Part shown: piece after piece, positions 48,001 through 58,527 of the stretch
Layout of the letters: each line of letters starts with the position of its first letter
Position numbering within the stretch: the first letter of the stretch is position 1
Source of the DNA: an uncultured Pseudomonadota bacterium
GTDB taxonomy: Bacteria > Myxococcota_A > Polyangia > Fen-1088
Length of the DNA: 64,000 nucleotides
Assembly: GCA_963847705.1 (NCBI GenBank)
Contig: CAWKBC010000027.1
Location: forward strand, 736,001-800,000
Direction of reading: 5' to 3'
Notes under the pieces: model-generated
Seen by the model: only the letters and a program-made list of their open reading frames with translations
The model's database searches: none
What the model was told of the DNA's origin: nothing
Program-made: the position numbers and the translations under genes

Positions 48001-50097
48001 CCGGTCGCGGGCGCCGCGCCCTGGCCCCCGGCGCGGCCCGATCCCCGGCGCTTGCGCGCCCGCCGGGCCGGGGGGGCGCTGGGCGTCGCGCTCCACCTGG
48101 AGGCGGCGCTCGACGCTGAACGACAGGGTGAGCTCGGTGCGGCGCTGGCGGCCTATGGCAGTGTGATCGCGCTCGACCCGGAGCGGCTGGAGGCCTGGAC
48201 CGGGGTGCGACGGGTGGCGCGCGCGGGTGGCGATCTCCTCGGTGAGGCGCGCGCGCTGGCCCGCCTGGGCATGCTGGTTCGCGATCCCAGGCGGGCCGCC
48301 GCGCTGCTCGCGGAGGCGGCCAGCGCCTACGAGAGCGCCGGGCGCGACGACGACGCCATCGCGGTTCTCGGGCGCGCGGTCGAGCTCTGCCCGGACGACG
48401 CGGGCGCCTATGCACGGGTCCACGCGCTCCTCCGCAGGGACCTGGGGGCGCCTGGGCGGGCTGCCACCTTCGACGGTCTCCTGTCGTACCGGCTGGCGGC
48501 CGGGCCGCTGACGGCGGCCGAACGGATTGCGCTGCTGTCCGAGCGCGCGGAGCATCGGATGACGCTGCTCGAGGATCGCCCGGCGGCCTTTCAAGATTTC
48601 AAGCGAATCTTGAAGATCAGCCCCAATCACCTCGACTCGCTGTATGAATTGGCGCAAGGGGCGCTCGGCGAGCAGGACCCCCGCGCGGCGGCCCGCTGGC
48701 TCGAGCGCTACCTGACGGCGGCCGGTGGCCATGACCCGGACCGGGTGGCGGCGGCGAAGCTGGACCTGGCCGCCTGTTATGAGGCGCGTGGCGAGACCGT
48801 GCGGGCCATCGAGACGTTGCGCCTGGCGGCCCTGGCCCGGCCGGCCGATCCGACGCCGCTCGAGCGCCTGGCGGAGCTCCACCTCCGCCGCCGGGACGCG
48901 CGTGGGGCGGTGGAGGCGCTCCGGGCGGCCGCCCCGCGACTCGGCGATTCGCCGGCGCAGGCAGCCCTGGCGCTGCAGATCGGAGCCATCGAACGAGACG
49001 TCGCGCGCGATCCGGCCGGCGCGGCGGCCGCCTTCCGACAGGCGGCGGAGCTCGATCCCCTGGGCCCGGGCGCGGCCACGCTGGTCTCCCTCCACGACGC
49101 CGCCTCCGACGCGCGGGGGGCGCTGGAGGTCGTCGAGCGGGAGATTGCCGATCTCAGGCGAGCGCTGGCCGCCAATCCCCTCGACGTGCGCCGGCTGGAG
49201 CGGCTCGGGCAGTGGCTGGCGGACGCGCGCCGCCGCGGCAGCAGCGGCGCCGACCCCGATGCCGAGGCCGTGGTGGCGAACGTGCGTGGGCTGGCCGGCG
49301 GACGCGCGTCGCCCTTGCCGGCGCCCGCCGCCGTCACGCCCAAGACGGGGCGCGCCTTCCTCACCGAGATCGCCGATCGCGCGGCCGGCGGCTTCGTGGC
49401 GGAGGTCTGGCCGCACCTGCGCGAGGCGGCGGCGGCGCTGTTTCCGCCGCCGCCGCGCCCCCGCCCGGCACCGCTCGGTCCCGAGCACGCCCCGCGCGTC
49501 GCCTGGATCAACGCGGCCGCGTCGGCCGTCGGCATCGCGCGCCTCGCGATCCTCGTCGCCCGCGAGCCGGGAGCGCCTCCGGCCGCGCCGAGCGATGGCG
49601 GTGAACCATCGCTGATTCTGGCCTCTGATGCGCTGTCGTCGCCGGCGCTGCGGTTTCACGTCGGGCGGGCGCTCGGGCTCATCGCCCAGCAGACGGTCGT
49701 CCTCGGGCGGGTGAGCGCCGCCGAGCTGGCGCCGCTCTTCGCCTGCGCGGCCTTGCTGGCGGGCGCAGAGGTTCCTGCGGAGCTGTCGACCCCGGTGGAG
49801 GATCTCCTGCGCGACGTCACACGCGCCGTGGGGCGCAAGGATCGGAAGTCGCTGGCGCTGCAAGCCTCGCGCTTCGGGTTCGAGCCGTTCGATCTCGAGG
49901 CCTGGCGAACCGCGACGCTGCGGGCGGCCGATCGCTTCGGGCTGTTCGTCTGCGGAGACCCAGCCGCGGCCGCTGCGGCCATCGCCGGGGGGGCGCAGGC
50001 CGTGCCCGGCAATCCGGCGGCGGTGGATCTGCTGGGCTTCGCCCTCGGCGATCGCTACCCGGCGCTCCGGCGGGCCGTCGAGGGGGGCGGCCGCTGA
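45061..50097 (+). CDS. giant TPR/alpha-solenoid protein (~1680 aa)
   Basis: Acidic N-terminus; many TPR-like repeats (YREALAAAPDHPGAL, VIALDPERLEAW, ILKISPNHLDSL); C-terminal ADRFGLFVCGD domain. Confidence 0.8.
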   Translation: MPPGTDGDDEELVEIDVEIDGPPPVPQASAPELIADGGDTEPNRGGTPTEGPPPAPPDILEISDVVELQPPIVEAAADDLASALALYEAEAAAAEGGRKGALLLEVARLREMRDGAGEGGARAALAAARAAFASDPASVPALWLLRRLLARAGGWEELAAIYEQAIQAPLSAADPRLRAELLIARGRLLEDRLDRANDAIGCYREALAAAPDHPGALLSQLLAGARGQDAALLAEALGGLARRAESPPVRAALVIEEALAWRRAEPRDGAERALAVLEEELGRNDPGSPVGALLAELEALARAEVPAATAVQALEDLARRLESVDAGLAVALLRERARLLRQELLAPEAALETLDEAARLDPAHPVVAAERFELALALDRRDAAGELARGFLLAARRDDEAVDFALACAEAIFDPAHPDAAVEILQTPRVRARRAARADLRALELALAVVRRDPRALADAFTLGADAETHADAGSKVAALIAAGAVRAGPLGQTDVASDLYQRAIDFAASPEQARPALQVLVSLRAAAGRIEEATAILETALAASAASSGGGTSEADAAFEIWARESLVAFYADELGAPGRALPHQRRLVALRPREGAGRVRLCDLDLESAPDGLRPNERADNLLALAAEAGEPAVEIALRVTAGRALADSPEPQQSAEGLALLGQLVTVDPSGLAAAPVERAAASPAARAEIVAAELGAAVDNGPAERTRALRFRLAHHRAAAGAFAEAMAALTPLRSEGDPLARAWSYALARRAGDAFLEVAVLSEETRVPDGTLGDEAGVLLAHGEALAEAGDPQGAADSLRRAVARAPDGETAADAALLLYRLATVAATSPGGAGAALPEALEALAGAVGDDPALAAAAAREAALSAAASGSAAVVQGAATKTKLGDSPAAHAELTLLRFMTGVRAGDPKTVAESLAEIARGLADADGTVPGEAVPLLARAAARARLAGAETAEAVAVAVWETAHPPALAPALADLPVAGAAPWPPARPDPRRLRARRAGGALGVALHLEAALDAERQGELGAALAAYGSVIALDPERLEAWTGVRRVARAGGDLLGEARALARLGMLVRDPRRAAALLAEAASAYESAGRDDDAIAVLGRAVELCPDDAGAYARVHALLRRDLGAPGRAATFDGLLSYRLAAGPLTAAERIALLSERAEHRMTLLEDRPAAFQDFKRILKISPNHLDSLYELAQGALGEQDPRAAARWLERYLTAAGGHDPDRVAAAKLDLAACYEARGETVRAIETLRLAALARPADPTPLERLAELHLRRRDARGAVEALRAAAPRLGDSPAQAALALQIGAIERDVARDPAGAAAAFRQAAELDPLGPGAATLVSLHDAASDARGALEVVEREIADLRRALAANPLDVRRLERLGQWLADARRRGSSGADPDAEAVVANVRGLAGGRASPLPAPAAVTPKTGRAFLTEIADRAAGGFVAEVWPHLREAAAALFPPPPRPRPAPLGPEHAPRVAWINAAASAVGIARLAILVAREPGAPPAAPSDGGEPSLILASDALSSPALRFHVGRALGLIAQQTVVLGRVSAAELAPLFACAALLAGAEVPAELSTPVEDLLRDVTRAVGRKDRKSLALQASRFGFEPFDLEAWRTATLRAADRFGLFVCGDPAAAAAAIAGGAQAVPGNPAAVDLLGFALGDRYPALRRAVEGGGR

Positions 50098-53000
50098 TGG
50101 CCGGCGAAAAGAAACCGCCCGCGTCGGGCCGTGAAGCTGCCGACGACGGTTCGGTCGAGGTCGAGGCGCTGTTCGACGATCTGTTCGACGAGGCGCCGCC
50201 CACCGATCCGACGGCGCCGACCGTGCCGGAGCGCGACGAGGAGGTCACGCTGGAGGTCCCTGCGGTGGCCGCCAGGGCCGGGATCAACCCCAGAGCTCCA
50301 GCCGAATGGGAGGTCGCGGCTGAATCCGAAGTCGAGCCCGAGGTCGAGCCAGAAGCGCCGGCCTTCTTCGCGCCGATCCTTCCCGAGATGGAGGCGGAGA
50401 TCTGGCAGGCGGGGATTCAAGCTCTGGTGACCGTGCCGGAGCGTTCCGCCCCGCCGACGACCTCCCACGATGACTGGATCGAGGAGGCGCGCCTGTTTCA
50501 AGCAGAGAGCAACTCCGCCGAGACACCGGTGCTGGCAGCGGGGCTCCTCACCGCGGCCGCGCGTGCGGCGGAGGTCGCCGGGGAGACGGCGGAGGCCGCC
50601 AGCGGCTACGACGAGGCGCTGGCCCGCGCGCCGACGGCGCCCGATGCGCTGCGGGCGCGCGCCCGTCTGGCAGAGAGCCTGGGCGACATCGACGAGGCCC
50701 ATGCGCTGTGGGCGCGGCTGGCCATCTCGGCGGGGACCGCCGAGGAGCGGGCGTTTTATGGGGCGCTGTCGGCGGAGTGGACGCTGGCACGCCGGGGTGC
50801 GCTGCCAGCGGTGGCCGGCGAGGCGATCCCCGCCGGAGCCGCGCGGGCGCTGGCGGTCGTCGAGGAGGCGTTGCGGGGCGGCACGTCGGTCGCTCCTGCG
50901 GCAGCGTTCGCGGCGGCCGGACGCGTTCTCGGCGGGAGATTCGGCGCGGCGTTTCTCGACCAGGCCGCGCGCTTCTCGCTGGCGGCGGGCGACGCCGCTT
51001 CGGCCGCGGCTCACCGAACGGCGGCGCGCAAGATCGATCCCCAGGGCGAGACCATCCTCGGCCGCCTGCGCGAGGCCGCCTGGACGGATCGCCGGCGCGG
51101 AGGAGGCGGCAAGACAGGCAAGACAGGCGAGACCGCCGACCTCGACCAGATCCTCGCGGCTTTGCCGGCGGGATCTGCGCTCGCGCAGGCGGTCGGCCGG
51201 TGGGCGGCCGCGGCGGCGCGGCGGCGCGGAGATCCGGAGCGGGCGCTGGCCCTGCTGACCGGCCTCGGTGCGACCACGGCGGCGGCCGCGCGCGATCGGC
51301 TCGATCTCGAGTTTCTCGTCGACGGCGCGCTCGACGAGCAGAGCCTGGCACGCCTGCGTGGGTCCGCCACGGCGCCCGCGGCCGCGGCCAACTTGATCTG
51401 GATCGAAGCCGCCGACCTCGTTCGTCGCGGGGAGCACGAGGCGGCGGCCCGGCTGCTCGGGCGGGGGATCGAGGAGCACGCCGATGCGGTCCCGCTCGCG
51501 CTCCTGGCCGAGGAGATCGCGGCGGCCACCGACGATCCGGCCCTGGAGGCCGCGACGCTGGACCTCTGGCTGCGCGGCGATCCAGCCCGCCGCGCCCAGG
51601 CCGCGCTGGCGCTGGCGGCCAACCTGGAGGCGGCTGGCAGCGGCCTCAACGCGCGCGCGGCGCTCCAGACCGCCGTCGAATCGGCGCCCGAATCGGCTTC
51701 GTTCTGGGTCGCGGCCGCCTCCGACGCGCGCGCCGGTCGGCGCAGTGATGCCGCGGCGGCGCTGGGATTCGGCGCCGAGGTCTGGGAGGCGAGCAGCCTC
51801 GTCCCCGGGCTGCGGGCGGCCGCGGCGGTGAAGCTCGCCCCCGGCGATCCGGACCGCGCGCTGGCCGCGCTGGGCGCCGCCGCCGAAGGGGCGCTCTCCG
51901 AGGCTGCGCGCGCGCTCGGCCCTTCGGCCGTCGCGCGGCTGGCCGAGCGGGCAGGGGATCGGGCGGCGTTCGAGACGGCGCTCGACGCCGCCGAGGCGGT
52001 GACCCGCGAGCCGGCGCAGGCGGCCTGGCTGGCGCTCCGGCGCGCCTGGTCGATTCCCTCGCCCGCGAGCGAGGCAGAGAACGAGGCAGCGGGGGCTGCG
52101 CGCCGGCGAGCGCTCGAGCGGGCCCTGGAGATCGTTCCCCGTCATCCGCTGGCGCTGGGGCTCTTCCTCGCCGAGCCGGGGGTCGACCTGGCGGCGGCGG
52201 CCGCCGCCCTGGCCCGGGTCGGCTCGGCCTCGTCCGAGATCTCCGCGTTCAGCCGGACGATGGCGCTGGCCGCGGCGAGCACGCTCGCGCTCGGCGGGGA
52301 TCGGGAGGGGGCGCTGCGGCGCGCGGCGGAGATCCTGGCGTCGGCGCCAGCAGATCCCGAGGCGCGGACGGCGGTGGCGCGGACGGCCGCGGCGCTCGGC
52401 GGCGAGAGCGGCCTGCGCGCGCTGGCCGGACTGACCGTCGCGGCGGCCGGGCGCGACGAGGCGCTCTCGCTGGCCGTCGCGGAGGCGCGCATCGCGATCG
52501 GCGCGCGGGAGGCGGCCGGCGAGGCGCTGCGAATCCTGGACGACGGCCGATTCGGGCCCGACGCGCGGCGCGCAGGAGCACGGCTCCGTGCCTCCGACGC
52601 GGTGCCGTTTCCGTCGGGGCTCTTCGCCGCGCCGCCCGAGCAGGCGGCCGCGGAGTCGCGAGCCGCGGTGGCCGCCGTGGTGGAGGCTGCGTCGGCCGGC
52701 CGTTGGGACGAGCTGGTCGCCGCGCTCGCGGGCGCCCCGCCGCACGAGGCGGTGGCCAGCGCCGGAACGTTGGCCCTCGCATCGCTGGTGGCGGAGGGAC
52801 ATGGCGACGAGGCCGCGGCTGACCGACTGGCCGAGGCGGCGGTGGGCGCGGACGACGCGCCGTCGCCGCTCTCCACGCTGACGCTGGCGCGTGTGGTCGA
52901 CTCGGCGGCCGACACGGCGGTCCGCGCGCGGGCGTTGACGGCGGCGACGGCCCGCCTGGGCGCCGCGGAGTCGGATCGTCGCTCCGCCGCGGCCGCGCTG

Positions 53001-55061
53001 GCGGCGCGGGCGCGCCTGGAAGAGGGCGCGGGCGAGCCCGCCGCCGCGGCGGAGAGCTGGCGCGCGTCGCTGGCCGCCGAGCCGACGTTTCTCCCCGCGG
53101 CCCGCGCGTTGCGGATCGTGGCGGCGCGGACGGGTGACAGCGCGGCGACCAGCGGCGCCTCCGAGACCGAAGCGGCCTGCCTGCTGGTTCCGGCGCATCG
53201 GGTGCGCGCCTTGCTGCTGTCGGCGGCGCTGGCCGTCGAGGCCCATCCGCCCGAGCGCGAGCGATCGCTCGGACTCCTGCGCGCCGCGCTCGCCGTCGAT
53301 CCGGCGCACGACGTGGCCTTCGAACGGTTGCGCGCGCTCCTCACAGAGCTGGACGATGCGCCGGCGCTGGCCGCGGCGTTCGCGGCCCGGATCGAGGTGG
53401 CGGTCAATCCGTTCGAGGTCACCTCGCTCCGGCTGACCCGCGCCGATGTCCTGTCGGCCACGCTCGGCGATTGGGGCGCCGCCCGGGAGGAGCTGGAGGC
53501 GGTCCTGCGCCGGCAACCGGAGCACGCCCGGGCGCTCGAGCGGCTGTCGGAGCTGCTCTGGAGCCGTGAGGCCTGGAGCGAGGCGGGTGAGATCTATCTG
53601 CGCCGCGCGGTGGTCGAGCGCGATCCGGCGACGCTGCGCGGGATCTTCCTGCGTCTCGGCGAGATCTATTCGAGCCGCGTCCCCGATCCCAAGCGCGCGG
53701 CGGCGGCCTACGAGCGGGTCCTCGGCGTCGACGCCGACAACCTGGAGGCGCTGCGGGCGCTGTCGGATCTGACGGTCGCCGAGGGGGACACCAAGCGCTC
53801 GCTCCCCGTCACCGAGCGGCTGGTGGCGCGTGAGCCGGACGTCGCCCGCCGTCACAAGACGCGCATTCGGCTGGGCGAGATCCTGATGCAGACGGGCGAT
53901 CTCCGGCGCTCCGGCGCCGAGCTGCGCCGGGTGGTCGACGAGTCGCCGCGCGATCTCGCGGCGGTCGGTGCGCTGGCGCAGCTTCTCGACCGGGCGCGCG
54001 ATCCGACGGGGCGCCGCACGGTGCTCGATCGCGCCGTTCGGTTGCACCGGCAGGATCTGGCCAGCGCCGGGGTGCGGGTGGAGACGCTGCGCGCGCTGGC
54101 GACGTTGCTGACCATGCGCGAGCGCCCCCAGGCCGCGCTGGCCGCGGCTCAGCTGGTCGCCGCCGTCGGGGGTGGGACAAGGGAGGGCGTTCGCCAGGCG
54201 TCGCGGCCCGGACGGAGCCTCTTGGGGCTGCGCCGACCCGAGGTCGATGATCGGGTCTTTTCGTCGGAGGCGCTTCCGCCGGGAATCCGACAGCTCTTGC
54301 GCCAGCTCGGGCCGCTGCTTCGACCAAGCGGTCAGGAGCTGGCGCAGCGCCTCGGCCGGGAGGGGGTGGGGAAGTCCGACCGCCGGACCCGCAACACGCC
54401 GCCCCGGCCGCTGTTCGACGCCGTCGCGGCAGAGCTGGGCGCCGGCGACTTCGACCTCTACGTGAAGACGCGCGGCGGGTCGTCCGAACCGATTCCGCTT
54501 CGTGCCGAGCCGGGGAGCCCGTCGGCGCTCATCATCGGCGAGGAGATCGAGGAGCTGGGCCCGGCCGCGCTGCGCTTCGCCGCGGCCCGCCTGCTGCGCC
54601 TGACCGCGACGAACCTGGACGCCATCCTGGCCGGCTCGCCCGTCGAGGCGGGTGCGCTGCTGGTCGGGATCATCCGACAGTTCGTTCCGGACTACGAGCA
54701 CACCGAGGTCCCGGAGAGCCTGATCGCCCCCGAGATGTCCCGCGCCGAGCGGGCGATCCCGCGCAAGCTCAAGCCGCAGGTCATGCCGTTCGCGGTCGAG
54801 AGCGCGGGCGCGTTCGACCTGGGCGCCCTCCACGCCGCCACGCGCGACGCGGCCAACGCGGTCGGCCTGCTGGCGGCGGGCGATTTGCCGGCCGCGCTGT
54901 CGGTGATCCTGGCGGTCTCCGGGACCGCCCCGGTGAAACTGGGCCTCGGTGGGGTCGGGCTCACGCTCGAGGCGATCGGGGCCCACGCCGAGGCGATGGC
55001 GTTGCTGCAGTTCGCCGTCTCGGATGAGTTCGATGACCTGGCGGGCGCGCTGGAGTCGTAG
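50097..55061 (+). CDS. giant TPR/alpha-solenoid protein (1654 aa), same architecture as upstream gene
   Basis: TGATG coupling; TPR-like repeats (VLRRQPEHARAL, YERVLGVDADNLEAL); C-terminal ANAVGLLAAGD domain. Confidence 0.8.
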   Translation: MAGEKKPPASGREAADDGSVEVEALFDDLFDEAPPTDPTAPTVPERDEEVTLEVPAVAARAGINPRAPAEWEVAAESEVEPEVEPEAPAFFAPILPEMEAEIWQAGIQALVTVPERSAPPTTSHDDWIEEARLFQAESNSAETPVLAAGLLTAAARAAEVAGETAEAASGYDEALARAPTAPDALRARARLAESLGDIDEAHALWARLAISAGTAEERAFYGALSAEWTLARRGALPAVAGEAIPAGAARALAVVEEALRGGTSVAPAAAFAAAGRVLGGRFGAAFLDQAARFSLAAGDAASAAAHRTAARKIDPQGETILGRLREAAWTDRRRGGGGKTGKTGETADLDQILAALPAGSALAQAVGRWAAAAARRRGDPERALALLTGLGATTAAAARDRLDLEFLVDGALDEQSLARLRGSATAPAAAANLIWIEAADLVRRGEHEAAARLLGRGIEEHADAVPLALLAEEIAAATDDPALEAATLDLWLRGDPARRAQAALALAANLEAAGSGLNARAALQTAVESAPESASFWVAAASDARAGRRSDAAAALGFGAEVWEASSLVPGLRAAAAVKLAPGDPDRALAALGAAAEGALSEAARALGPSAVARLAERAGDRAAFETALDAAEAVTREPAQAAWLALRRAWSIPSPASEAENEAAGAARRRALERALEIVPRHPLALGLFLAEPGVDLAAAAAALARVGSASSEISAFSRTMALAAASTLALGGDREGALRRAAEILASAPADPEARTAVARTAAALGGESGLRALAGLTVAAAGRDEALSLAVAEARIAIGAREAAGEALRILDDGRFGPDARRAGARLRASDAVPFPSGLFAAPPEQAAAESRAAVAAVVEAASAGRWDELVAALAGAPPHEAVASAGTLALASLVAEGHGDEAAADRLAEAAVGADDAPSPLSTLTLARVVDSAADTAVRARALTAATARLGAAESDRRSAAAALAARARLEEGAGEPAAAAESWRASLAAEPTFLPAARALRIVAARTGDSAATSGASETEAACLLVPAHRVRALLLSAALAVEAHPPERERSLGLLRAALAVDPAHDVAFERLRALLTELDDAPALAAAFAARIEVAVNPFEVTSLRLTRADVLSATLGDWGAAREELEAVLRRQPEHARALERLSELLWSREAWSEAGEIYLRRAVVERDPATLRGIFLRLGEIYSSRVPDPKRAAAAYERVLGVDADNLEALRALSDLTVAEGDTKRSLPVTERLVAREPDVARRHKTRIRLGEILMQTGDLRRSGAELRRVVDESPRDLAAVGALAQLLDRARDPTGRRTVLDRAVRLHRQDLASAGVRVETLRALATLLTMRERPQAALAAAQLVAAVGGGTREGVRQASRPGRSLLGLRRPEVDDRVFSSEALPPGIRQLLRQLGPLLRPSGQELAQRLGREGVGKSDRRTRNTPPRPLFDAVAAELGAGDFDLYVKTRGGSSEPIPLRAEPGSPSALIIGEEIEELGPAALRFAAARLLRLTATNLDAILAGSPVEAGALLVGIIRQFVPDYEHTEVPESLIAPEMSRAERAIPRKLKPQVMPFAVESAGAFDLGALHAATRDAANAVGLLAAGDLPAALSVILAVSGTAPVKLGLGGVGLTLEAIGAHAEAMALLQFAVSDEFDDLAGALES

Positions 55062-55089
55062 CGCGCCCGCGTGATAAATTGGGCCCTCG

Positions 55090-56559
<1,470 letters not shown>

Positions 56560-56600
56560 CGCGTGGAAACAGTCCATCGGTGCGTGGCTATCCGGTCGAG

Positions 56601-57594
56601 GTGAGCAGCGAGGCTGCGGCTGCACACGCCGCGGCGCTGGTGCTCGATCTTCACAACGACGTCCTCACCAAGCTCACGCACTCGAAGTACGACTTCGCGC
56701 GCGAGCACGGTCCGGCGGCGTTCTACAACCCGCTGCGCCTGGATCTCGGATCTGCCGCGCATCAAGCGCGGAGGCCTCGACGCGCTCGGCTGCCTGATGT
56801 TCTCGGGCTTCCGGATCGATCCAGGACGGCGGCGGTTCTGGCGCCAGCTCGAGCGGGCCCGCGCGCTGGCGGCCGAGAACGCCGACACGCTGACGCTGGC
56901 GCGCAACGCGGGGGAGATTCGCGCCGCGCGCGCGGCAGGCCGGGTGGCGCTGTTCCTGGGCGTCGAGGGGAGCTACGCGATCGACGACGACGTCGAGGCG
57001 GGGGTGGCCCGCCTGGCAGAAGCGGGCGTGATGTTCCTGGGGCCGCTGTGGGAGCGTGACAGCGGCGCCGGGAGCTCCTGCCGCACGGCCCCCGCGCGCG
57101 ATCGGGGCCTCACCGACCAGGGGCGCGTCCTCTGCCGCGCCTGCGACGCCGCCGGGATCCGCCTCGACGTCGCGCACGCCAGCCGCAAGACCTTCTGGGA
57201 AATCGTCGAACGGGCGGAGCGGCCGCCGTTCTCGTCGCATTCGGGCGCGGCCGGCGTCTATCCGCATCCGCGCAACCTGGACGACGATCAGATCCGCGCG
57301 CTGGCGGCGCGCGGCGGGGTGGTGGGCGTCATCTTCGTCGCGCCGTATCTCGGCGGGACGTTCTGTACGCTGGAGAGCGTGGCCGACCACATCGAACATG
57401 TGGCGCGCATCGGCGGCGACGACTGCGTCGCGCTCGGCTCGGACTTCGACGGCTTCCTGCCCCTGCCGCGCGGCCTGCGCGACGCCGGGGATCTCCCGCG
57501 GCTGACCGAGATCCTGTGGCGCCGGGGCTGGCGAGGCGCGCGCCTCGGCAAGCTGTTGGGCGAAAACGCGCTGCGGTTTTTCGCCGCCTCCTGA
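56601..57594 (+). CDS. membrane dipeptidase family (peptidase M19), +1 indel near 56748
   Basis: DLHND; corrected LDLDLPRIKRGG; GVEG, DVAH, SSHS, HPRNL, ALGSDFDG, LLGENALR. Confidence 0.85.
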
Positions 57595-57770
57595 CGCGCC
57601 GCGGGGCGATTTGCGCAGCGTTCGCCTTGTCCGCTGACGGGACGCGACCTACCTGCTCACATACTCCGCACGTGCAGGGCGTCGGCGGGGAACCAGTTGC
57701 ATTGATTGGTTAATTTCCGGAATCCGGGCTGTTGTTTGCCGGCCGGCCCGGCAGTGGTTGCGCGCCCGGC

Positions 57771-57806
57771 AGAGGTTGGGTGTTGGTAAGAGGTCGGGTG
57801 TTGGTA
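57771..57806. repeat. 18-bp direct repeat, 2 copies, upstream of the cytochrome operon
   Basis: agaggttgggtgttggta / agaggtcgggtgttggta (17/18 identical). Confidence 0.7.
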
Positions 57807-57924
57807 GATAGATAGGTAGTCAGAGGTGAGAGCATTCTCAACAACAAGGTGCATCAAGCGAACGGTTGAGTCCGGTCCGGTTCAATCCGTCCGCGGTCGT
57901 GGCTTCGAATTCCGCTTCGAAGCG

Positions 57925-58518
57925 ATGGCTGCGCGCCCGCTTTGTGTCCTCGTCGTGCTCGCAGCGCTGCTCGGGGGAGGTGGATGCAACCAGCTCCTGC
58001 TCGCATCGTCGGCCGCGCCCCAGCCCTTCGATGGCGGCGAGGCCGGGATCACCACCGCGCTCACCCGTGATTCGCACGCGGTCTACTTCCCGATCGGCGA
58101 CGGCACCAACCACGCGGCGCAGGTCTGCACCGACTGCCACCAGAGCGCCAACACCTTCGCCGACTTCACCTGCATCTCCTGCCACGATCATTCCGAGGAA
58201 CTCGCCGACACCCGACACGTTTACATCACCGGGTTCGTCTACCAATCCTCGGCCTGCTTCTCTTGCCACCCGACGGGCAACGAGGCAGCCATCACCCCCG
58301 ACGAGCACAGCCTCAAGTACTTCCCGATCACCGATGCCGCACACGGTTCACTGGCCTGCACCGACTGCCACCAGGACCCCACCACCTCGAAGCCCTTCAG
58401 CTGCGTCACCTGCCATGACCACAGCTCCGGCGTGGAGGCGACGAACCACGCGAGCGTCGCTGGCTACAGCTACGATTCGACCTCCTGCTACAACTGCCAT
58501 GGGGCGCCGAGCGACTAG
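57925..58518 (+). CDS. hexaheme cytochrome c lipoprotein (two triheme repeats)
   Basis: Signal ending LLGGGGC; CTDCH, CISCH, CFSCH, CTDCH, CVTCH, CYNCH. Confidence 0.88.
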   Translation: MAARPLCVLVVLAALLGGGGCNQLLLASSAAPQPFDGGEAGITTALTRDSHAVYFPIGDGTNHAAQVCTDCHQSANTFADFTCISCHDHSEELADTRHVYITGFVYQSSACFSCHPTGNEAAITPDEHSLKYFPITDAAHGSLACTDCHQDPTTSKPFSCVTCHDHSSGVEATNHASVAGYSYDSTSCYNCHGAPSD

Positions 58519-58527
58519 GGCCGTTCC

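Noticed and set aside
51108-51135. GKT-GKT-GET 9-bp repeat as a P-loop or functional motif
   Set aside because: Short slippage duplication in a linker of a helical-repeat protein, with no NTPase context. The QDG repeat in UDG is the same kind of feature.
57702-57715. FNR box upstream of the cytochrome operon
   Set aside because: Only the TTGAT half-site matches; the second half (TAATT) does not fit ATCAA.
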